DNA of 32,000 nt, taken from assembly GCF_000092105.1 (NCBI RefSeq), contig NC_014148.1, forward strand, positions 4,680,001-4,712,000, written 5' to 3'. This DNA comes from Planctopirus limnophila DSM 3776 (lineage in GTDB: Bacteria > Planctomycetota > Planctomycetia > Planctomycetales > Planctomycetaceae). Positions 24,711 through 32,000 of this stretch are shown piece by piece (positions within the stretch are counted from its first letter, which is position 1; the number at the start of each line of letters is the position of its first letter). The notes beneath the pieces were generated by a model. The model was given only the letters and a program-made list of their open reading frames with translations, did no database searches and was not told the DNA's origin. The translations under genes were made by a program, and so were the position numbers.

Positions 24711-26024
24711 ATCAGGACGCTCCAGCAGCACACCCATCAAATGCCCGCCAAAGCCACTCGACAGCTTCAAAGCCACGTTTTTTCTCATGGGCAGGGCTTC
24801 TGCCGGTAACAGATACTTCTCGAACTCGCCATCAACCTGAGTTCGGTTTGCCGTCGGTGGAACCACTCCTCGATCGAGTGCCAGCACTGTACCCACCAGT
24901 TCCACACTCCCCGCAGCCCCCAGCAGATGACCAATCGTCCCCTTGAAACTGCTCACAGGAAGTTCTTCGAGCAATGACGATCCCAGCACCTGTTGCAAGG
25001 CCATCAACTCCGTCTGATCGTTGAGCCTGGTCCCCGTTCCATGGGCATTGACATACCCCAGTTCTTGAGCGTCACAATCACCCGATTTGAGCAGATCGAC
25101 AATCAGCCGCTGCAGGCTCTGCGCTTCAGGATCGGGCTGCATCAAACTGGCCGCATCCGTCAATTGCCGCCCGGCCCGCCAGCGCGCCAGAATCTTTTGC
25201 CCGCGGGCGACCGCCGACGATTCGCGCTCCAGCACCAGGCAACCAGCTCCTTCACCCACCAGAAATCCATGCCGATACTTGTCGAAAGGTCGGCATTCGA
25301 TCGAACTTTGTCGGGAGTATCCTTCCGGCAGATTGCGCTGCGACGCGAGCACTCCCAACCGCTGAAATGCCGCCAGAATGAGGGGATGCAGCGAAGCATC
25401 CGCACTCCCGGTGATCACGACATCGCATAACCCTTCTTCAATCCAGCGCGCCCCCTGCATCGCAGCTGCCAGTCCTGTCGCACAGGCCGCAATGGGAGCG
25501 GAGCATGGCCCGCGTGCTTTGCAGACCGTCGCCACCAGTCGCGAAGCCTCATGCGGAAAAACCGATAAGAAAACATCTCTCTCAATCGCGCTCAGATGAC
25601 GGGCCTGCTCGCGCGATAACTGCCACGCCTGGGTCGCTGCGTAAACGCCCCCTTTGCTGGTACCGAAAGCACAGCCAATCCTCACAGGCTCAAACTGCCC
25701 ATCACCATCCGCACTCTCCCACGCTTCGCGGGCAGCAGCCACAGCGGCCGCTTCCAACGGATCGTGCCACGGTTCGTTCTGGCGAAAAAGCTCCTGCGGA
25801 AGATAACCACCTGTCATCGCTATAGAGGCTGGTATGTGCCGCAAGCCGCGAAAAGTTTCGCCCTCATGGCGGGTTTCGATGAGCGACTGACCCCGGATCA
25901 ATCCCTGCCAGAGAGCTTCCGTCCCGGTGCCAGCTGCCGAAACAGCCCCCAATCCGGTAATGACGACACTGCTCTCACCCACGCTGACACTCTGCCTTTG
26001 CCATGAGGAATTTCCCGCCAACAT
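24705..26024 (-). CDS. Beta-ketoacyl-ACP synthase family protein (FabF/KAS II-like)
   Basis: 439 aa. VVITGLGAVSAAG is at the N-terminus. Active-site Cys in PIAACATGLAA. Both His residues are present (VNAHGTGT and KGTIGHLLGAAG). C-terminal SSGFGGH. The stop at 24705-24707 overlaps the convergent MOSC gene by 6 nt. Confidence 0.88.
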   Translation of the reverse strand: MLAGNSSWQRQSVSVGESSVVITGLGAVSAAGTGTEALWQGLIRGQSLIETRHEGETFRGLRHIPASIAMTGGYLPQELFRQNEPWHDPLEAAAVAAAREAWESADGDGQFEPVRIGCAFGTSKGGVYAATQAWQLSREQARHLSAIERDVFLSVFPHEASRLVATVCKARGPCSAPIAACATGLAAAMQGARWIEEGLCDVVITGSADASLHPLILAAFQRLGVLASQRNLPEGYSRQSSIECRPFDKYRHGFLVGEGAGCLVLERESSAVARGQKILARWRAGRQLTDAASLMQPDPEAQSLQRLIVDLLKSGDCDAQELGYVNAHGTGTRLNDQTELMALQQVLGSSLLEELPVSSFKGTIGHLLGAAGSVELVGTVLALDRGVVPPTANRTQVDGEFEKYLLPAEALPMRKNVALKLSSGFGGHLMGVLLERPDL

Positions 26025-26311
26025 GGCGGCATATTTTCCTCAACAACGTCCCGGTAAGGGTATCGCAGTCACCATCCCCGCGAAAAGCGAGTCCTCTTCC
26101 TCAGACTTCAACGCCACACATTTTGTATAGCAGTTGTTCATCAAAACCGACCTTTGAAACCTCGTTTCACGACAATTGACCTTTCGTTTCTTTCGCGATG
26201 AGAGTTACGATCGCCCTCCACGCTAGAATGTTGGAGGCCACCTGCTTCCAATACGTATGCCAGTTGACAGGCAGGCTGACGACCACATCGAAGGATCGGG
26301 AGAAGTTTGGA

Positions 26312-27700
26312 ATGCTGCATTTCGCGTGGCAAAATCTGGCCAGTCGTCCGGCTCGTTCAATTCTCGCTCTCCTGGGCCTGACCGTCGCCATCACGGGGAT
26401 GGTGGGCCTTTTCTCGATTGCTGTCGGCCTGCAACGAACTGTCGGCAGAACCTTTGATCGCATCCCGGGCTTGGCAGCCATGCAACCCGGCGCACCCATC
26501 CCCTTGTTTTCCCGCATGCCCGCCGCCTGGGCCGAAGAAATCCGCGAAGTTCCCGGCGTGAGTGTCGTCAGGCCCGAACTCTGGACCAGAGCCCAGATGG
26601 TCGATGGCAAAATGACCTTCAACCCGCCACGCTTCCTATTCGGAACCGATATCCCCACCACTCTCCAGATGAAGTCGGCCGTCTATCGCGACGACATTCA
26701 AGCCGGGCGCTTCCTGGAACTTGCCGACGTCGGCACCAACCGCTGCGTCATCAGCGAAGCCATTGCCCGCGATTCCAGCAAAAAACCAGGTGATATCATC
26801 AAAGTCGATGGCAACCTGTTGGAAGTTATTGGCGTCTACAAAACAGGTTCCATCCTGCTCGATGTGGCCATCGTCATTGATCAATCCACTCTGCGACAAC
26901 TCTACCGCATGGATCCTTCGATCATCTCTTCGGTCTATATCGAACCGGTGGAAAAGATGAATCCTGACGAACTCTCCAAGGCTATTCGCGAGAAATTCCG
27001 TGGACGTTCCCTCGGCAAATGGCAACCGTCGGCTGATACCATCGCCGGCCTTTCTGGTCGAACAGAAGCGACACTCGCCGACAAGTTCGTCGCTGGCTTA
27101 TCGGGGCTGTCAGATCTCGGAAAACCACGCAAACCAGCGCCGGCCAACTCGTCGACTTCTGGCGAAGTCCTTCTCGCAGGAGGTGAAAAGCCCAGCCCCG
27201 AAGACATCTCCGGCGAAAACTCTGCAGCCGACACCAGCGATGCCGAAGAAGGTCTCGAAGTTCGTTCCGCCCGTGACTGGGGCACCAAAATTCAGGAGTT
27301 CAGCTCCGACCTGGATATCTTCATGTACCTCATGAGTGGCATCGGGGTCGTGATTGCCCTGCTCAGCATTCTCAACACCATGCTCATGAGTGTCACCGAA
27401 CGGATGACCGAGTTCGGCATTCTGAAAGCCAATGGCTGGTCATCGTGGGATCTTCTGCGGCTCATCGCTTACGAATCAGCGGCTCTCGGGCTGATTGGCG
27501 GGATTCTCGGCTGCACACTGGGCTGGATTGGCACACTCGTCGTCAATGCGTCCATTCCCGATAAACTCAACCTTTATGCAAGTCCCGGCCTGCTCCTCTT
27601 CAGCCTCGCTTTCAGTATGGCACTGGGTGTGCTCGGCGGACTTTACCCCGCCCTGTGGGCCACCAGACTCACACCCATGGAAGCGATCCGCCGCTCATAA
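26312..27700 (+). CDS. ABC transporter permease, FtsX/MacB-LolE type
   Basis: The likely start is ATG 26312 (MLHFAWQNLASRPARSILALLGLTVAITGMVG, the typical MacB/FtsX N-terminus); the track starts at 26198. A periplasmic domain is followed by the C-terminal FtsX segment LNTMLMSVTERMTEFGILKANGWSSWDLLRLIAYESAALGLIGGILG. TAA 27698-27700. Confidence 0.88.
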   Translation: MLHFAWQNLASRPARSILALLGLTVAITGMVGLFSIAVGLQRTVGRTFDRIPGLAAMQPGAPIPLFSRMPAAWAEEIREVPGVSVVRPELWTRAQMVDGKMTFNPPRFLFGTDIPTTLQMKSAVYRDDIQAGRFLELADVGTNRCVISEAIARDSSKKPGDIIKVDGNLLEVIGVYKTGSILLDVAIVIDQSTLRQLYRMDPSIISSVYIEPVEKMNPDELSKAIREKFRGRSLGKWQPSADTIAGLSGRTEATLADKFVAGLSGLSDLGKPRKPAPANSSTSGEVLLAGGEKPSPEDISGENSAADTSDAEEGLEVRSARDWGTKIQEFSSDLDIFMYLMSGIGVVIALLSILNTMLMSVTERMTEFGILKANGWSSWDLLRLIAYESAALGLIGGILGCTLGWIGTLVVNASIPDKLNLYASPGLLLFSLAFSMALGVLGGLYPALWATRLTPMEAIRRS

Positions 27701-27704
27701 AACC

Positions 27705-28070
27705 GTTGGGTGGCCCGACGTTGGGTGGCACGACCCTGGAGGCTTTGCGGAAGGGCGTGGTCTTTACGCCTTTTCTGAGTGAGAGTTTATGCATTGCCGG
27801 TGTGGCAGGGGTCGGATGTCTTCATCCGCCCCCTGGTCAAATCGAGTTCACCAGCACAAATGCATCTGTAGCGTTCTTCAGAACTCCGCAACATCGCCAT
27901 CAACAACCAACATCAAACGACCTGGGGGCAAACGAGGACGTTTGACCCCAGCCACACAGTCTCCAGCGACCCCTGTACTCAGCACGCCGGCAAAGTTGTG
28001 TGTAATAGACAGCAGCTCTGGGCAAGCATGCCTTCGCAACCAGCACAACGCTGTTACTTCCTGGGAAACG
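27705..28070 (+). repeat. Long copy of the intergenic repeat family (left module + core + tail)
   Basis: It shares long identical runs with 31626-32000: TTGGGTGGCACGACCCTGGAG, AAGGGCGTGGTCTTTAC, CCTTTTCTGAGTGAGAGTTTATGCATTGCC, GTGGCAGGGGTCGGATGTCTTCATCCGCCCCCT, CAAATCGAGTTCACCAGCAC and AATGCATCTGTAGCGTTCTTCAGAACTCC. It contains hairpins at 27806-27835 and 27922-27951. It starts 5 nt after the permease stop. Confidence 0.85.
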
Positions 28071-28106
28071 TATCATTTCCCTCAGCCTGAAAGAAATCAT
28101 CATCAC

Positions 28107-28148
28107 CAACAAAATCGCCCGCCTGATGTGAATCATCAGGCGGGCGAT
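28107..28148 (-). terminator. Rho-independent terminator for the Cys-rich protein gene
   Basis: A perfect 15-bp GC-rich stem, ATCGCCCGCCTGATG (28114-28128) with CATCAGGCGGGCGAT (28134-28148), has a 5-nt loop. On the minus strand it is followed by TTTTGTTG. It lies 134 nt downstream of the stop at 28282. Confidence 0.7.
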
Positions 28149-28203
28149 CTGTTTCAAGCTCAATTCAAACGGGTGCTCTAATGACCATACTCACTCAGAG
28201 TGC

Positions 28204-28229
28204 CATGCTTGCGGCTCTGGGCAAGCATG
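28204..28229. repeat. Repeated hairpin CATGCTTGC-N8-GCAAGCATG (copy 1)
   Basis: A 9-bp perfect stem with loop GGCTCTGG, followed on the plus strand by TTTT. The 29-nt string GTGCCATGCTTGC(G/A)GCTCTGGGCAAGCATG recurs at 31487-31515. Its 3' half recurs at 28012-28032. Confidence 0.7.
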
Positions 28230-28281
28230 TTTTGGCCATTGAACCCACCATTTAACGTCTCACTCGAGCATTACATCGGGC

Positions 28282-28782
28282 TTAGTCGTGATAGGTCACG
28301 GTAATCCCACGACGTGATGACGAAGTCAGTTCAACCGAGTACTTGCCGTAGTCATAAACGACCTTGTCACCACAGCGACTCACCTTGACTTCTTCTTCGC
28401 AGGCACAAGGTGGTACGCAGATCTTCACACAGACGCACTGACAGGGATTGCAGGGATCCTTGATCGACACAATTTTGGAAACTGCACATGGTGCAATGTT
28501 CCGCTCTCTGCGGTAATTCACACACTCATAGAGCACACAGGAAGTTGTGGAAACATAAGCCGCACCCGGCGAAACCACGGTTGTGGTCATGCTGTCGTAA
28601 GCCGGATCAGCCATAGGCTGCAGAGCGGTGGGCTCCTGGCCAGGAACTGGCGGAATCTGGCCGAACGAAGGGCCACCATAGACAGCCCCAGGTTGCTTCG
28701 CTTCGACAAATCCCGAAGCAGAAATCCCCAGTGCAGTGACGACTGCCAGTGCAGCCACATTGCGGATAAAACGACCCATCAT
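28282..28782 (-). CDS. Small secreted Cys-rich hypothetical protein
   Basis: The start is taken at ATG 28782 (AGGAG 4 nt upstream); the track ORF starts at 28830. Signal peptide MMGRFIRNVAALAVVTALGISASGFVEA. The C-terminal half holds the Cys cluster CVLYECV...PCAV...PCNPCQCVCVKICVPPCACEE...RCG. Confidence 0.65.
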   Translation of the reverse strand: MMGRFIRNVAALAVVTALGISASGFVEAKQPGAVYGGPSFGQIPPVPGQEPTALQPMADPAYDSMTTTVVSPGAAYVSTTSCVLYECVNYRRERNIAPCAVSKIVSIKDPCNPCQCVCVKICVPPCACEEEVKVSRCGDKVVYDYGKYSVELTSSSRRGITVTYHD

Positions 28783-29150
28783 TTCACTCCTTCTCCCAGT
28801 GATGTCCCTGATACGCTTTGAGTGAGGCAAGAGAACAGGTTCCAGCCCTCATCAGGCCTTTCCACACGAAAGGCTCGCTCAGTCGAACACCAGCAAGGCC
28901 CGTTGCTGACATTTCTCAATCTATCGGCGACACACCCTCGATTGATGGCAAAAATTGCCGAATGTCGCTTCGACACCTCCATGATACATGGACTTAGGGA
29001 TAATGGGTAAAATTTTCCGCCGCAAGCGTCAGCAACCTGCGAGATCCCAGATCGTGAAAATGGATAATTGCGATAGATACATGGATCCGGGGTTTTGGCT
29101 GATCCAGGGGGTTCTGCGGCATCCTTGCGCGTTCAAAGAATCTCGATTGC

Positions 29151-29486
29151 TCATGACAGTTCGTTCGTCCCCGGGTCGTTTGTGAACCTCTTCTTCTCAG
29201 GTTCTTCATCAAAATCAACGAAGATCTCCCGATCTTCACCAGTAGATCTCCGAGTGCCTGGCGATATCAATCGATCTTTCACTTGAGCACTGACTGAAAG
29301 TCCAGTATGACAATGAGCACGATGATTTGTGAAATGGACTGTCACTGCGCCCGATGGCAGGCCTCCACGAATCATTTCAGGTTTGAGACAAACTGATCCT
29401 GAATTGAACGGATCACTGGATTGAATCAGGATTCCAGCGGCTCGCCAGACCGCAGACCTGTATTTTGACCTGAGCATGACCACCAC
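29151..29486 (-). CDS. Hypothetical protein (weak call; possible shorter form from ATG 29375)
   Basis: This is the only sizeable ORF in the 690-nt gap between 28830 and 29524. Codon usage looks plausible and the C-terminus is acidic (EDREIFVDFDEEPEKK). I found no recognisable motif and no convincing SD. Confidence 0.25.
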   Translation of the reverse strand: MVVMLRSKYRSAVWRAAGILIQSSDPFNSGSVCLKPEMIRGGLPSGAVTVHFTNHRAHCHTGLSVSAQVKDRLISPGTRRSTGEDREIFVDFDEEPEKKRFTNDPGTNELS

Positions 29487-29523
29487 AGAAAACCACCGAT
29501 GATCGGATAGAAGCGGGCGCTCG

Positions 29524-31437
29524 ATGTTGCCGGATCGCCAAGCGTACTTGAATCAGCGTCGCCTCACTCGCATTGTCTCGGGGCTTTGCCTGCTCTTTGC
29601 CTGCCTGATCTGGATCCTCACAACCAGCCCGACACCTGTCGTACTCGCACAAATCACTCCGGAAACGAGTGTTGACACCACCTCGGCAGCCCTCGCCGAC
29701 CGCCCCAACATCATCGTCATCATGGTCGATGACCTCGGCTGGCGAGACACTTCCATCTACGGCAGCAAGTCGTCCCGCACTCCTCACATCGATGCCCTCG
29801 CCGCTCGCGGCGTCATCTTCACTCAAGCCTACTCGAGCAGTTCGCTCGATGAACCCAGCCGGGCCAGCCTCCTCACTGGAAAATGGCCCGCACGTCTGAA
29901 GCTGACTCAATCGCGGGAACTCAACCCGGGCGAAATTCTCGAACCCTCTTTGCCACAAACCGCCCTTTCCCATATCTCGATGATCACCCCGACATCACGC
30001 ACTCAACTCCCTGGCGATGAACTCACTGCAGCAGAAATTCTCCAAAACGCAGGCTATGCCACCGCTTTCATGGGCGAATGGAACCTGGGCGAAAACGCTT
30101 CTCAGCCAGAAAATCAGGGCTTCTCTCACGTTGTCTGCAGTTCGCCGCTTACCAGTCAGCCGCAGTTCGCCGGTCAACATGCTGATGATCTGCTGACACA
30201 ACAGGCCATCAACTGGATGGAAACCAATTCAAAGGAACCGTTCTTTCTGAATCTGTGGTATCAATCAGTCGGTGCACCTTTTCAAGCTCCATCTGGGGAT
30301 ATACAGCAGGCACGCACATTGGCAGACCCCTCTCAAGATCCACAGCAGGCCCCGGTCATGGCCGCCATGATCGCGGCACTCGACCAGCGCGTCGGCCTCA
30401 TTGTCGCCGCACTGGAGCGACTCCAGCTCACGCAGCGCACCATCATCGTTTTCACCTCCGATAACGGTGGCAACATGACCGACACGATCGAAGGCGACCT
30501 CCTCACCAGCAATCGACCGCTCCGTGGTGGCAAAGGCTCGATGTATGAAGGGGGCAGTCGGGTCCCTCTCATCGTCGTCTGGCCTGGCGTCGCCACTCCT
30601 GCTCGCAGCTGCGACGACGCCGTCAGTGCTGTGGATCTCCTCCCGACCCTGGTCGATATGGCGCGCGGCACCATCCCCGCAGGTCATCAGATTGACGGCG
30701 TCAGTCTGAAACCCGCACTCACAGGGGCCACAGGTTTTGATCGAGGTGCCATCTTTCATCACTACCCGCACTACAACCCAACGACAGGAACCACACCTGC
30801 GATCTCTGTTCGCAGTGAAAACATGAAGCTCATTCGCTTCTTCGGTGGTCATGTCACCCAGACAGACCGCATTGAAGTCTACGACCTGCAGAATGATCCC
30901 GGCGAGCGCATCAACCTCGCACGTTCACGCCGGGATGAAATCGTACGCCTGACGAACCTCATCCAGAACTTTCTCATAGAAACCCGCGCATTGGTTCCAC
31001 AGAAAAATCCGAACTTTGAAAGACCGCAACAAGGCTGGGCGACTGGTGCCGATGCCGAAGTCGAAGATGGCGAGCTAGTCCTCAAACGTTCCGGAGATCG
31101 ACCCATTCTCTTTGAAACCTACGATGTACCGCATGTGAATCGGCAACTGCGCCTTCGCCTGCCACTCAAGACCTCGTCCCGCATGGAAGGGCGTGTCATG
31201 TGGTCAACTGCCAGCGAGCCAAGCTTTACGCAAAACCGGCAGGCCAAATTTGCAGCCACACAGACAGGTGAATGGGAAACTCACGAGATCACCTTGCCAG
31301 TTCAAGACCTGCTCACCGGGATCCGCATCGAGTTCGGTCGAGGAAATAGCGACCTCTCTCTCGGCTGGATCCGGGCCGAACTGATCGATGGCAACCTCGT
31401 TAAAGAATGGCAATTCGGCGAAGTCGAATCTGAGTAA
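29524..31437 (+). CDS. Sulfatase-family protein with a degenerate active site (pseudo-sulfatase) and an extra C-terminal beta-rich domain
   Basis: 637 aa with a signal/anchor (IVSGLCLLFACLIWILTT). The sulfatase fold is clear (IIVIMVDDLGWRD, FTSDNGGN, GGKGSMYEGGSRVPLIVVWPG). However, the FGly position is Asp (SSLDEPSRASLLTG; GAT at 29848-29850). GKWHLG is replaced by GEWNLG (30076-30084). The HxP His is Gly (SVGAPF). About 130 extra C-terminal residues follow. Confidence 0.85.
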   Translation: MLPDRQAYLNQRRLTRIVSGLCLLFACLIWILTTSPTPVVLAQITPETSVDTTSAALADRPNIIVIMVDDLGWRDTSIYGSKSSRTPHIDALAARGVIFTQAYSSSSLDEPSRASLLTGKWPARLKLTQSRELNPGEILEPSLPQTALSHISMITPTSRTQLPGDELTAAEILQNAGYATAFMGEWNLGENASQPENQGFSHVVCSSPLTSQPQFAGQHADDLLTQQAINWMETNSKEPFFLNLWYQSVGAPFQAPSGDIQQARTLADPSQDPQQAPVMAAMIAALDQRVGLIVAALERLQLTQRTIIVFTSDNGGNMTDTIEGDLLTSNRPLRGGKGSMYEGGSRVPLIVVWPGVATPARSCDDAVSAVDLLPTLVDMARGTIPAGHQIDGVSLKPALTGATGFDRGAIFHHYPHYNPTTGTTPAISVRSENMKLIRFFGGHVTQTDRIEVYDLQNDPGERINLARSRRDEIVRLTNLIQNFLIETRALVPQKNPNFERPQQGWATGADAEVEDGELVLKRSGDRPILFETYDVPHVNRQLRLRLPLKTSSRMEGRVMWSTASEPSFTQNRQAKFAATQTGEWETHEITLPVQDLLTGIRIEFGRGNSDLSLGWIRAELIDGNLVKEWQFGEVESE

Positions 31438-31489
31438 TCATCGCATTCCACGCCACCACACTTCATTCTGCCATCGGGTACTTGTGTGC

Positions 31490-31556
31490 CATGCTTGCAG
31501 CTCTGGGCAAGCATGCCTCCAAGGATGACGGGTAGCCCGGCCAACTCGTGGCCGGG
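31490..31556 (+). terminator. Two tandem hairpins downstream of the sulfatase-like gene (probable terminator region; the first is copy 2 of the CATGCTTGC hairpin)
   Basis: CATGCTTGC (31490-31498) pairs with GCAAGCATG (31507-31515), loop AGCTCTGG. CCCGGCCA (31536-31543) pairs with TGGCCGGG (31549-31556), loop ACTCG. Neither hairpin is followed by a U-tract. Confidence 0.4.
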
Positions 31557-31625
31557 TCATCGTACTTAGTGCGATGACAAGAAGCCGCGCCATGCGCGTG
31601 TCACGCCATCACTCTTGTCTCGCCC

Positions 31626-32000
31626 TTGGGTGGCACGACCCTGGAGCCACAAAAATCAAAACTGTGCGAAAGGGCGTGGTCTTTACCCCTTTTCTGAGTG
31701 AGAGTTTATGCATTGCCAGGGTGGCAGGGGTCGGATGTCTTCATCCGCCCCCTCTTCAAATCGAGTTCACCAGCACCAATGCATCTGTAGCGTTCTTCAG
31801 AACTCCCCAACATCGCCATAAACAACCAGCGTCAAGAAACCTGGGGGCAAACGAAGACGTTTGACCCCAGCCACCCAGCCTCCAGCCACATACCAAAAAG
31901 CACACAATCAACGTTGTGTGTCATAAACAGTAGCTCCAAGCAAGTATGCTGATCAACCCTCAACACGCCATTGATTTCTGGTATGCGTTTTAGAGATGCT
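31626..32000 (+). repeat. Long copy of the intergenic repeat family, running to the window edge
   Basis: It is collinear with 27721-28070 (see that feature). The only large differences are a longer spacer between the two left-module boxes (31647-31669) and scattered substitutions. Similarity continues at least to about 31988, so the element may extend beyond the window. Confidence 0.85.

Noticed and set aside
27724-27740. A sigma-54 promoter-like string, TGGCACGACCCTGGAG, in the left module (also TGGCACGTCCCTGAGG at 21597-21612).
   Set aside because: The -24 TGGCAC element matches, but the -12 element is TGGA/TGAG instead of TTGC, and the invariant GC is missing. Two of the copies lie downstream of, not upstream of, the nearest co-oriented genes.
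27764-27775. A small hairpin, GGCGT-GGTCTTT-ACGCC plus TTTTCT, inside the left module, considered as the intrinsic terminator of the permease gene.
   Set aside because: The stem is only 5 bp. It is altered in the other long copy (ACCCC, pairing only with a bulge) and absent in the fragments at 21620 and 23850. That is too weak to annotate as a terminator, although a terminator role for the module is not excluded.
27655-27945. Two similar 96-aa ORFs (27655-27945 and 31574-31864) that could be taken for a conserved small-protein family.
   Set aside because: Their similarity simply reflects the DNA repeat. The third copy (1711-1827) has a 1-nt deletion that shifts the frame (QIEFTSTNAS versus QSSSPARMH). 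Differences between copies are not biased to synonymous sites. There is no SD or start-codon conservation.

Overview
By gene content this window looks like chromosomal DNA from a Planctomycetota (Planctomycetaceae-like) genome. It carries a DUF1559 protein with a prepilin leader, two sulfatase-family genes, a 1655-aa membrane Ser/Thr kinase with WD40 and LRR modules, a beta-barrel porin-like protein and a GspK-like pseudopilin. I support about 23 CDS. In order they are: gspK-like (5' partial), arylsulfatase, RAYT transposase, EboE-like TIM barrel, EamA transporter, HigA-like HTH, VOC protein, GH15 glucoamylase-like, giant kinase, LOG/TIGR00730 protein, short GlmU-like uridyltransferase, porin-like OMP, MFS DHA2 transporter, apt, cyclophilin PPIase, small lipoprotein, DUF1559 protein, MOSC protein, FabF-like KAS, FtsX/MacB-type permease, Cys-rich secreted protein, one weak hypothetical, and a catalytically degenerate sulfatase paralog. 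I saw no rRNA, tRNA or CRISPR array, and no multi-gene defence or biosynthetic operon. The unusual content is mostly non-genic. (1) An intact HUH/Y1 RAYT gene is tightly bracketed by two ~105-nt REP doublets whose arms are co-oriented but whose spacers are inverted. (2) A composite intergenic repeat family has five copies or fragments, including two copies of 350 nt or more with long identical runs and conserved hairpins. (3) A perfect (CACCCAA)x7 heptanucleotide repeat ends 5 nt before the MOSC start codon, and a degenerate inverted relic of it follows the PPIase gene. (4) A ~138-nt hairpin element sits just after the VOC gene, flanked by a 16-21 nt duplication that includes the stop codon. 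(5) A sulfatase paralog has four catalytic residues replaced. All calls come from reading the sequence and translations by eye; no database search, fold prediction or statistics were run.
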